Positions 40,175 through 53,000 of a stretch of DNA of 64,000 nt are shown here, in pieces. Position 1 is the first letter of the stretch. Every line of letters starts with the position of its first letter. The DNA is from the human T2T-CHM13v2.0 reference genome, Homo sapiens: NCBI RefSeq assembly GCF_009914755.1, contig NC_060927.1, one strand, 5' to 3'. Under the pieces are notes generated by a model. It saw only the letters and a program-made list of their open reading frames with translations. It was not told where the DNA came from and did no database searches. Both the position numbers and the translations under genes were made by a program.

Positions 40175-40780
40175 TAATAGAAACTGTTTTCCTCAAGGTT
40201 CCCAATGACCCCAACATTGCCACATCCAAAGGGCAATTCTTAGTCTTCATTTTATTTGACACCTGAGCACTTGACATTATTGTTTCATACTTCCTGAAAC
40301 ATTGTCTCCAGCTGGCTTCCAGAATATACTATACTCTTAATTTTCCTTCCAAGACCTTGGCCACTTCTCTCTGCCTCTTCTTCCTTTTTCTGATCTCTGA
40401 ATGCCAATGTGCCCTCAGATATCAGTCCTTAAGCCACTTTTCCTCCATATCCACACTAAATATCTAGATGACTTTATCCTTCCTATGCTTTAAATATCAT
40501 CTGTATGCTAATGACTCCCAAATGTATATGTCAGCCCATATTTTACCTCAGCCCTAGACACTTATGTCCAAATGCCTATTCAACACCTCCATTTTGCTAT
40601 CTAATGGAACATCTCATGCCTGATATGATTAAAACGAAATTTTTAAAAATTATTTCACACCTCTGTACTTGCTTCTTTTTTAGGGTTATCCATCTCAGAA
40701 AATAACATCTTTCAGACATGCAATACATATTTACTCAAGTAGTTTGTAATTAATTAATTAAATAACACATGATGGCAGCG
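40175..40780 (+). mobile_element. L2 LINE fragment
   Basis: TCAAGGTTCCCAATGACCCC..TTGCCACATCCAAAGG; GCTTTAAATATCATCTGTATGCTAATGACTCCCAAAT. Confidence 0.75.
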
Positions 40781-40913
40781 ATATGACCACATCACCTCAA
40801 GAGAATGATAGTGAGAGACTAGGACTCTATGATTAGGAAAATTACCCCAGTAAATGGAAAATGTAAACAGTATTTTCTTATGGAATAGTAGGGCTCACAA
40901 GAAAGATGTGATC

Positions 40914-41418
<505 letters not shown>

Positions 41419-41824
41419 GATGTGATCAAAAGAGGACCTACCATTCACACTTTTACTCACTTCACACAGCACTTATTTTAGAGTTGAATTAGGGATGTCT
41501 TCATGCCACAAAGACCCCTGTACTCTATATTCCACCCTCCTAAATGCTAGTGCAGTAAGACAGGCTGTCCTGATATTGGTAACAATGTCCAAGATTGTGG
41601 GAGATTGATTTCTTCCCACTATTGACTCTACTAAGAAACGAAGGCTGATACTAAAATAACTGGAAATTACATTTAAAACTTCAGTGAGGCTTACAGAAGT
41701 GGGTTGTCTGTCCATGATTATCTGTAAGGAGTATATGCATGGTCACACTGGACCTTTAAATTAGTTAAAAGGAAAATAGAAACATGTCATTTAATTTCTT
41801 CATTATTTTGCAAATTTAAAAAAA

Positions 41825-44120
41825 AATTATTCTGTTTATTATGGATACATAATACACATATTTATGGGGTACATGTGATATTTTGATATAAGCTGCCATG
41901 TATAATGATTAAATCAGAATAATTAGGGTATGTGTCACCTCAAGCATTTATCATTTATTTATGTTAAGAACACTCCAATTCCATTCTTTTAGTTATTTTG
42001 AAATATACAATAAATCATTGTTAACTATAGTTACCCTTTTGTGCTATTGAACACTAGATCTTAGTCCATCTATCCCTTTGTATTTTTTCATTAATCATCC
42101 CCCTCTTTACCCCCTCGCTACCCTCCCCACTACCCTTCCCAACCTCTGGTAACTATCATTCTACTCTCAATTTCCATGAGTTTGTTTTTCAGGCCCTACA
42201 TACAAGCAATGTTTTGATACAGGAATACAATGTGTAATAATTGCATCAGGGTAATTGGGTATCCATCACCTCAAGAATTTATCACTTTGTGTTAGGAACA
42301 TTTCAATTCCATTCTTTTAGCTATTTTTAAATATGCAATAACTGATTATAGACTGCAGTCACCCTGATGTGCTATCAGGGTGATATACTAGATCTTATTT
42401 GTTCTATCTAACTATATTTTCATATCCATTAACCATTCCTACTTTTTCCCTTCCTCCCTGCTCCCATTCCCAGCCTCTGGTAACCATTATTCTACTCTCT
42501 GTCTCCATAAGTTCAATTTTTTAATTTTAGCTCCCACGTAGGAGTGAAAACATGTGATATTTATCCTTCTGTGCCCAACTTCTTTCATTTAGTATAATGT
42601 CCTCTGGTTCCATCCATGTTGTTGCAAATGACAGGATTTCATTCTTTTTTACAGCTGAATAATATGCCATTGTGTATACATATCACATTTTCTTTGTCCA
42701 TTTATCTGTTGATGGACACTTAGGTTGATTCCATATCTTGGCTATTGTGAATAGTGCTGCAATGAACATGAGAGTACAGATATCTCTTCCGTGTACGATT
42801 TCCTTTATTTTGGATAAATACCTAGCAGTGGAATTACTGGATCATATGGTAGTTCTATTTGTAGTTTTTGAGGAATCTCCATACTAATTTCCATAGTGGC
42901 TGTACTAATTTAAATTCCCACCAACAGTGTAAAATGGTCCCCTTTACTCTACATCCTCACCAGCATTTGTTATTGTCTGTCTTTTGGATAAAAGCCATTT
43001 TAACTGGGGTGACATGATATCTCATTTTAGTTTTGATTGCATTTCTTCCTCTGATGATTCATGACGTTGAGATTTTTTCATACACCTGTTGATCGTTTGT
43101 ATGTCTTCTTTTGAGAAATATCTATTTAGATCTTTTGCCCATTTTTAAATCAGATTATTTGTTTTTTTCCATTGAGTTATTTGAGCTCCTTATATATATT
43201 CTGGTTATTAACCTTTGCAAATATTTTCTCCCATTCTGTGGGTTGTCTCTTGACTTTGTTGTTTCCTTTGCTGTGTTTTGTCTATTTTTGCTTTGGTTGC
43301 CTGTGCTTTTGAGATACTACTCAAGAAATCTTTGCCCAGACCAATGTCCTGGAGTTTCCCCAGTGTTTTCTTCTAGTAGTCTGATAGTTTCAAATCTTAT
43401 ATTTAGATCTTTAGCCCATTTGATTTTATTTTTGTACATGGTGAGAGACAAAGGACGAGTTTCCTTTTTCTCTATATGGTTATCCAATTTCCCCAGCAAA
43501 ATTTATTGAATAGGCTGCCTCTTACTCAATCTGTGTTCTTGGCAGCTTTGCCAAATATGAGTTGACTGTAAATGCAATGATATGTTTCTGGATCCTCTAT
43601 TCTTTTCCATTGGTCTATGTGTCTGTTTTCATGCCAACACCGTGCTGTTTTGGTTACTATAGCTTTGTAGTATAATTTGAAATAAGGTAATATGATACCC
43701 CCAGCTTTGTTCTTTTTTCTCAGAATGGCTTTGACTATTCTAGGTTTTTTGTGGTTCCATATAAGTTTTAGGAATTTTTTTTCTATTTCTGTGAAGAATG
43801 ATATTGGTATTTTGTTAAGTATTGCATTGAATCTGTAGAATGCTTTAGGTAGTATGGTCATTTTAACAATATTAATTCTTCTGACCCATGAACAGAGTAC
43901 TTTTGTGAAATTACATTTTGTAAGACATGCTTTAGCATTTTATGGATCGAAACATTGAGATAAATAGAATTACTTTTGTATTGAATTTTAACTATTAGAA
44001 CTGATAAACAAATTCAGTAAGGGTACAAAATAAATATACAAAAATCAGTAGCATTTATACGGCAACAGTCAACAATCTGAAAAAGAAACCAAGAAAATAA
44101 TCCCATTTACAATAGCCACA
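41825..44120 (-). mobile_element. L1MA cluster: two stacked antisense 3' ends (41825-42205; 42210-43893) plus an inverted plus-strand ORF2 piece (~43990-44120)
   Basis: Repeated TCACCTCAAG(C/A)ATTTATCA..TTCCATTCTTTTAG; minus [20 protein letters not shown] (43526-43861). Confidence 0.87.
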
Positions 44121-45358
44121 ACAAAAAAAAAAAATGGAGCAGAAAACCACAGAAATAAATGGTCAATCCATACAGCTTTAAAAAAAAAGAGCCTTAGAAA
44201 GATCACATCCAATTATCCCAAAAGAGTCACTATTATTAGGAATACCAAGAAACTAGAACAATTTCTGACCTTTTAAAACAATAAGAATATAAATATGTCT
44301 ACATAATTTTGGTATTTTTCTGCCTTCTAAAGATATTCCTATCTATCCCCCAGAGCTGTATCTGAAAAAAAAAAAAAGAAAAAGAAAAAGAAAAGAAATG
44401 AAATGAGGCAATGAAAATTCTAACAAGAACGTTTTTCACAATAGAACACACACATCTTCAAGCCCAGCTCAGGGTATACTCAGCTGTATTTTATCTCAGG
44501 CATATGAATGTGGTGGAGGAGGAATTTCAAGGTGGTGGGATATATGCATCTCCATTTCTTCATTTATCCATTTCTCTCTTTACTCAATAACCCTGTTTGA
44601 AGAGACAGATATCAGCACATTGCCGAGTGCATGGGAGTGAGCTTTGTCAGAGCCTGGCAAGAAGATAGAGAACTCATTAGAGCACAAGTTAGAAACTGAT
44701 GCATACAATTAACTAACGAGGAGACAGCCAGACTACTGCTCTAGAAGTAACTGATTTTTGCAAACAGAGATTTGATAGAGCTGATTTGTGATGTCTCAAA
44801 AGAACCCCTCTTCTTCCTTATTCACTCACTGTCAGTAGCAGAAACTAGACACAGGCAAAATGTGAACCTGGTAAGAATTTCTCCTTAATACATCATTATT
44901 CTTTCCTCATGCAAGCAACACAGGTTGTTTTAGACCCTTAATCAAGGCACAGAGGATTCTCAACATGATGCACCTGCTCAGAGCACCGGCAAAGCAGAGG
45001 CCCAAAACAAAGAAAGGTTAAGAATTTGATGTTTGATATATTGTTGAAAGCATCAGAGTAGTCAAGATATGGGGAGGAAGGCAAAAATTGGGGGAGATAT
45101 CTGTGGATCAATTTATCTATTATTATATAGATAGATAGCAAGAGACAGAGGAGATACCTCCTCTTTTCAATGTCTCAGGATGCTAAAGTTTTGATGGGTC
45201 CTACACAGAATGTCAATTATCAGCCCACTTCCCTGTGGTCCCCCACTTGCCTCTCTTCCTCTTCTCTCCCATTGAAGTAAAACTGCCTCAAGTCTCATAT
45301 AATGTTGCTGTAATTATTCACTTCTACAATCCTCCTAAAGAGTAACTTAAGAAATTAG

Positions 45359-45360
<2 letters not shown>

Positions 45361-45410
<50 letters not shown>
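45361..45410 (+). repeat. (AC)15(AG)10 compound microsatellite
   Basis: Directly visible. Confidence 0.95.
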
Positions 45411-45678
45411 GTATATCTTGTTCTATTGTGTTTCACTTTGTTACGCTTTGCAGATGTTAATGTTTTTTACAAATTACTTTCAATGGCAAAAACCACAATT
45501 ACTTTTCCACCAACCTAATATATCTGCTATGGTAATCTGTGATCAGTCATCTTTAATGTCGCTATTGGAATTGTTTTTAGAGCACCACTAACTGCACCCA
45601 TATGTAACAATGAACCTAATAAATAAATACTGTATGTGTTCTGACTGCTTACCGACTGGCAGTTCCCTCATCTGTCTG
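45409..45678 (+). mobile_element. Tigger1-like left end (TcMar), internally deleted
   Basis: AGGTATATCTTGTTCTATTGTGTTTCACTTTGTTACGCTTTGCAGAT...TTTTTTACAAATT; TATATCTGCTATGGTAATCTGTGATCAGT. Confidence 0.75.
45474..45518. mobile_element. MADE1 (Hsmar1-derived MITE), one arm only
   Basis: TTACTTTCAATGGCAAAAACCACAATTACTTTTCCACCAACCTAA followed by TA. Confidence 0.88.
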
Positions 45679-46085
45679 ACTTGCTGCTTTGCTGCAGACC
45701 ACCATAGTGGCAAGACGATAGCCTCCGCCTCATTTCTGTCTTCTAATGAGTATATTTTATTGGTAGAATCTAATTCACATTCAGACCCCTAACAGCAAGA
45801 AAGCCTGAGATATGTGCATTTCATTTACCAGTCTCCACAATAAGGAAAGAACACAGAATATAATGGGAATCGATGATGAGTACCAACAGACAACTTCCAA
45901 AACCAAAGTTCTTCAGAATTATTTTTCAATTAGTATAGAAAACCATTTGATCCATTTGTAATCTCACTTTTAGGGAAAATCCCAAAACCCAGTTTTTGAC
46001 ATTTTTGCATACCTGACATTTTGCGTACCTGATATTTTGCATATCTACCATATCTTATTCTTTATTCAAATTAAAAGAGTAATCA

Positions 46086-46378
46086 GGCTGGGCGTGGTGG
46101 CTCACGCCTGTAATCCCAACACTTTGGCAGGCCGAGGCAGGTGGATCACGAGGTCAGGAGTTTGAGACCAGCCTGGCCAACACGGTGAAACTCCATCTCT
46201 ACTAAAAATACAAAAAGTAGCCGGGCGTGGTGGCACACACTTGTAGTCCCAGCTACTCAGGAGGCTGAGGCAGGAGAATCGCTTGAACCCCGAAGTGGAG
46301 GCTGCAGTGAGCCGAGATCGTGTCACTTCACTCTAGCCTGGGTGACAGAGCGAGACTCTGTTTCCAAAAAAGAAAAAA
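46086..46378 (+). mobile_element. Alu (AluS-like)
   Basis: Perfect TSD AAAAGAGTAATCA. Confidence 0.96.
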
Positions 46379-46470
46379 AAGAGTAATCACGGCAGAAAGG
46401 GTGATGGAAACAATAAATCTCTTTTGTGTTCAACTTTTCCTTTGGATATTTATAAGAGAAGGGGAGAGTA

Positions 46471-46824
<354 letters not shown>

Positions 46825-47403
46825 CTATAGTTTAGCTTATTAATTTTTTGTTTATTAATTTAGTTATTGGTTGCTTACTATATAAGAGGTTTTTTCAAAT
46901 ATGTTTGACAGTTATGTGTCCACTAAATTGACTTCTTTTTAAACTACAAAGATATAATCTCTTTTATAGCAAGAATATAATCTATTGATTATGTGAAACA
47001 AGATAACAGTTATGTAGAATATTTAAAATATACATTAATTTGCATATTTTTATTCAGAGGCTTAGTAGGTCTCTACTGAGCAAATTAATTATAAAGAAAA
47101 TAATTATACAGAAATTCTATAAATTATGTAACAAATGGAAGTTTATGAAGGAGGAAAACCTTGGAAATCACAATTATTAGAAAAAGTAAAGTATGGCAAG
47201 AAATCACTTAAAAGTAATTAAAATTCTTAAAGGTTGTGGTAATATGCATTTTATTCTATGACCTCTTGAAACGTCTATGGAGAGGTTGCTTTTTCATAAA
47301 GGGTATCCTGGGGTGCTTTTACTATTTATATATTAAAGGGTCTGAGTTATAAAGGAGGAAGTGAGAGAGGAGAGGAAAAGAAGTGGAGAAGACAATTTAT
47401 CCA

Positions 47404-47510
47404 TAGAGTGACCATCAAACTGGTTTGCCTGGAACAGCTTGGTTTATATCTCTAGTTATTTTTATTTTAAGAAGTTTCCTGGTTTGAGAGATAAATTATA
47501 TAGTCATTCT
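47404..47510. mobile_element. MER94-like hAT-Blackjack MITE
   Basis: TAGAGTGACCAT...TGGTTTGCCTGGAACAG...GATAAATTATATAGTCATTCTA degenerate terminal inverted repeats. Confidence 0.6.
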
Positions 47511-48049
47511 AATTGGTAAGAGGAGTAAAGAATTGGGATTATAAATAACATTAAATTAATTGCATATGTAATGGAACATGCAGGGAGTGAAAAATGTAAA
47601 GAGGAGAGGAATCTCTGAAATTGGGTCAGTTGCCAGAAGGAAAGCATTATATGCCAACTGAAAGGAATGATAAAGGGCAAGCCAATAGGCAAAGGTCAGT
47701 TTACAGCTCTTCACTAAATAACATTAGATTTTAGCTCTTCTCATCTTTGATTCTTTGCCAAATCAATTGGGATATGAGTATTCCTAGTTTATCATAAATC
47801 ATGAGTCGGAAGGCACATATGTATGGTATGTCGTTCAACCTCTTTCAAATAGCCCTAGACCCAAATTTTCTAAGACAAAGAGTAACTACAGAAGGCCTTT
47901 AGTATTTACAGATTTAGCATCCTTGCAATCCATTTTGGCTTTCCTGAAACCGGCCTTTCCTGCCATACCTGCTATGGAGACTCTTATGTCTTCACCCCCA
48001 TTCATAGCTCTTGCTCATCCACCTGACCTTTAAATGCTGGCAATCATAA

Positions 48050-48470
48050 ATGTATAAAAGATATTTGGGGGAACGTTTAGTAAATTTGTGTACAAACTAG
48101 GTGTTACATTGTTTGTGAATTATTGTCAGTTTTCTTAGACATGATAATGGCACGGTGGTTATGTATAATAATGTCTTTAGTTTTAGGACATGCTGAAGTA
48201 TTTAGGAGTAAAGTTTTATAATATCTGCAACTTACTTTGAAACAGTTTGGAGAAATATGTGTAGATAGATACATCTATAAATACATGTGCAGATTGATAC
48301 ATCTATAAATACAGATGTAGATTCAGATAGGTAGATAGATGAACAAAATACGACAAAATGTTAACAAATGGTGAATCTAGGTGGTGGGCATACAGCTGTT
48401 CATTGTACCATGTAACCTTCTCCAACTTATGTATGTTTGAAATTTTTTGTAATAAAAAATAGAAAAAAGC
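48050..48470 (+). mobile_element. L1M (ME/MC-type) 3' end
   Basis: TGCTGAAGTATTTAGGAGTAAA...GGTGAATCTAGGTG...GTTTGAAATTTTTTGTAATAAAA. Confidence 0.7.
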
Positions 48471-48519
48471 TTTTTAAGTCCGTTTTTTGGGTTCTAAATC
48501 CCTCCCCCGACTCTTCCCC

Positions 48520-49340
48520 TGTCAAAATTTTTCTGTCGTACCCTTTCTAGATGACCTTGTTTATTCTTTACCTTTAAACGCCATCCAAATAGAGTTAATT
48601 GCCCCCAAATTGTCTTTGGCTCAGACCTCTCCTCCAAACTACAAAATAGATAATATAGCCAATTAACTATCTGGCATTTCAGCTAGATAGCTCATGGGCA
48701 TCTCAGGTTTGACAGGTTTAAAACTGGTCTTGATTTCCACCTCACCTCCCAACAAATCCATTCATTTCCCAATGTTCTTCAACTAAGTATTTGACAGTTT
48801 TTTATAGCCAAGAGCTTAAGTCAGAAATCTGGATTAAGTCAGAAATTCTTGATTTCTACCTCTCTGTCTTCCTCCATCCAATCGATTAATAAATTCTATC
48901 AATTTTACCTCCAAAATATAACTCAACTATTAAGTTTTCTTGAGATTGTCATTACTACTCTGTTCCAGCCACATAACTATCCTTGTTTGAACTAGAGTAA
49001 TACTCTCATAATAGGTATCTGTATTTCCTTTCCTTCTCCTTTATATTCTCCAAAGAATATACACATTAATTTTTTTAAATATGAATCAAGTCTTTGAACT
49101 GTTTGTTTAAAATAAAAAGGCTTCCCATTGCAGTTATAAAAAATCCAGGACCTTCAAGTTCCAGCCTTGTCCAGCCCCTGGCCATCTCTTCCATTTCATC
49201 TAGAGCTTCACTCCACCCGTACACGCTGTTCTCTTCACACAAGGTTTCTTTTTGTGCTCATAAATTTTTACGCCATTTTCTCCTCAGAATTTAAGTCCAT
49301 GATCTTTCATCTGTCTGGCATGCACTTTATTTTTATTATT
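48520..49340 (+). mobile_element. L2 LINE fragment
   Basis: CAGACCTCTCCTCCAAACT..., ATTCTATCAATTTTACCTCCAAAATAT. Confidence 0.6.
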
Positions 49341-50075
49341 TACCAAATTCTCAAATAACACTCACTATGTGTCTGGATTCTTTTTTAAAAAACTTTAGGA
49401 ATATTGACTCACTTAACACAACAATTTTATGAGGTAATTTCTATTATTTTCCTCCTTTTATACATGAGGAAAATGAAGCATAATGAAGCAGAATGACTGA
49501 AAATTGTATACAGATCATGCTGTGTGCTGAATTATGTTCTGCAAAAATGCAAATGTTGAAGCCCTAACCCCCAGTGTGATGGTGTTTGAAGACAGGGCCT
49601 TTGGGAAGGGTATTAGTCAGTGTTCTCCAGAATAACAGAACCGAACCAATAGAAAATATATATACATATGTACCTACATAGACAATGGGGGATATGAGAA
49701 AGGGAGAAAGAAAGAGAACTAGAAAGAGAAAGCGATTTATTATAAGTTATTGGCTCATGCAATTATGGAGGCTGAGTAGTCCCACAATCTACTACTTGCA
49801 AGCCGGAGACCCAGGAAGGCTGCTGGTATAATTCGAACACCTGAGAGCTGAAAAGCTGATGGTGTAGATTCCAGTCCAAATCTAAATGCCTGATAACCAG
49901 GCATGCTGAGGACAGGAGAAGATCAATGTCCCAGCTCAAGCAGTTAGGCAGAATGAGAATGAATCCAACCTTCCTCTGTGTTTTTGTTCTATTCAGGTCC
50001 ACAATGGAGTAGGGAGGATCTGTCTTACTCAGTCCACCAATTCAAGTGCTAAATTTTTCCAAAAGTACCCTGACA

Positions 50076-53000
50076 ACCTAATAGACATCTACAGAACTCT
50101 CCACCACAAATAAACAGAATATACATTCTTCTCAGTGCCACATGGCACTTATTCTAAAATTGACCACATAATTGGAAGTAAAACACTCCTCAGCAAATGC
50201 AAAAGAACTGAAATCATAACGAACAGTCTCTCAGACCACACTGCAATAAAATTAGAACTCAGAATTAAGAAACTCACTCAAAACCACACAATTACATGGA
50301 AATTGAACAACCTGCTCCTAAATGACTCCTGGGTATACGATGAAATTAAGGCAGAAATCAAGAAGTTCTTTGAAATCAATGAGAACAAAGAGACAACATA
50401 CCCAAATCTCTGGGAAACAGCTAAAGCAGTGTTAACAGGGAAATTTATAGCACTGAATGCCCACATCAGAAAGCTAGAAATATCTCAAATAGACACCCTA
50501 ACATCACAATTAAAAGAGCTAGAGAGCCAAGAGCGAGTTAATCCAAAAGCTAGCAAAAGACAAGAAATAACTAAGATCAGAGCAGAATAGGAGATAAAGA
50601 CACGAAAAACCCTCCAAAAAATCAATGAATCCAAGAGCTGGTTTTTCGAAAAAATTAACAAAATAGACTGCTAACTGGAATAATAAAGAAGAAAAGAGAG
50701 AAGAATCAAATAGACACAATAAAAAATGATAAAGGGGATATCACCACTGACCCCAGAGAAATACACTACTATCAGAGAATATTATAAATACCCCTACACA
50801 AATAAACTACAAAATCTAGAAGAAATTAATACATTCCTGGACACATACACCATCCCAAGACTAAACCAGGAAGAAGTCAAATCCCTGAATAGATCAATAA
50901 CTAGCTCTGAAATTCAAGCTGTAATTAATAGCCTACCAACAAAAAAAAGCCCAGGACCAGATGGATTCATAGCCAAATTCTCCCAGAGGTACAAAGAGGA
51001 GCTTGTACCATTTCTTCTGAAGCTACTCCAAACAATTGAAAAGGAGGGACTCCTCCCTAACTCATTTTATGAAGCCAGCATCATCCTGACACCAAAACCA
51101 GGAAAGAACACAAAAAGAGAAGAAAATTTCAGCCCAATATCCCTGATGAACATCGATGTGAAAATCCTCATTAAAATACTGGCAAACTGAATCCAGGAGA
51201 ACATCAAAAAACTTACATACCATGATCAAGTCAGCTTCATCTGTGAGATGCAGGGCTGGTCCAACATACACAAATCAATAAATGTAATCCATCACATAAA
51301 CAGAACTAATGACAAAAACCACATGATTATCTCAATAGGCACAGAAAAGGCCTTTGATAAAATTCAACATCCCCTCATGTTAAAAACTCTCCATGAACTA
51401 GGTATTGGTGGGACATATCTCAAAATAAGAAGAGCTATATATGAAAAACCCACAGCCAATATCATACTGAATGGGCGAAATCTGGAAGCATTCCCTTTGA
51501 AAACTGGCACAAGACAAGGATACACTCTCTCACCACTCCTATTCAACATAGTACTGGAAGTTCTGGCCAGGGCAATCAGGCAAGAGAAACAAAAAAAGGG
51601 TATTCAAATAGAGAGGAAGTCAAATTGCCTGTTTACAGAAAACATGATTTTATATTTATAAAACCCCATCATCTCAGACCCAAAACTCCTTAAACTGATA
51701 AGCAACTTCAGCAAAGTCACCAGATACAAAATCAATGTACAAAAATCACAAGCATTCCTATACACCAACAATAGACAAGCAGAGAGCAAAATCATGAATG
51801 AACTCCCATTCACAATTGCTACAGAGAGAATAAAATACTTAGGAATACAGCTAACAAGGAATGTGAAGGACCTCTTCAAGGAGAACTCAAAACCACTGCT
51901 CAAAGAAATAAGAGAAGACACAAACAAATGGAAAAACATTCCATCCTCATGGATAGGAAGAATCAATATTGTGAAAATGGCCATACAGCCCAAAGTAATT
52001 TATAGACTCCATGCTATTTCCATCAAATTACCATTGAAATTCTTCACAGAATTACAAAAAAAAACCCTTAAATTTCATATGGAATCAAAGAAAACACTGT
52101 ATAGCCAAGACAATCCTAAGCAAAAAGAACAAAGCTGGAGGCATCACACTACCTGACTTCAAACTATACTACAAAGCTACAGTAAGCAAAACAGCATGGT
52201 ACTGGTGCCAAAACAGACTTGTAGACCAATGGAACGGAAGAGAGCCCTCAGAAATAACACCACACATCTACAACCATCAGATCTTTGACAAACATGACAA
52301 AAACAAACAATAGGAAAGGATCTCCTATTCAGTAAATGGTGCTGGTAAAACTGGCTAGTCATATGCAGAGAACTAAAACTGGACCCCTTCCTTACACCTT
52401 ACACATGAATTATCTCAAGATGGATTAAAGACTTAAATGTAAAACCCAAAACCATAAAAATCCTAGAAGAAAAACTAGACAATAGCATTCAGGACATAGG
52501 CATGGGCAAAGACTTCATGACAATAACACCAAAAGCCAATTGCAACAAAAGCCAAAATTGATAAATGGGATCTAATTAAACTAAAGAGCTTCTGCACAGC
52601 AAAAGAAACTATCATCATAGTGAACAGGCAACCTACAGAATGGGAGAAAATGTTTGCAATCTATCCATCTGACAAAGGGCTAATATCCAGAATTTACAAG
52701 GAACTTACACAAATTTACAAGAAAAAAAGCAAACAACCCCATCAAAAAGTGGGCAAAAAATATGAACAGACACTACTAAAAAGAAGACATTTATGTGGCC
52801 AAAAAATATATGAAATAAAGCTCAAAATCACTGATCATTAGAGAAATACAAATCAAAACCACAATGAGATCATCTCACACCAGTCAGAATGGTCATTATT
52901 AAAAAGTCAAGGAACAGTAGATACTGGTGAGACTGTGAAGAAATGGAAGCAATTTTACACTGTTGTTGGGAGTGTAAATTAGTTCAACCATTGTGGAAGA

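Noticed and set aside
41461-41715. Minus ORF near a GTGAGT donor
   Set aside because: Stop codon precedes the donor; no recognisable protein
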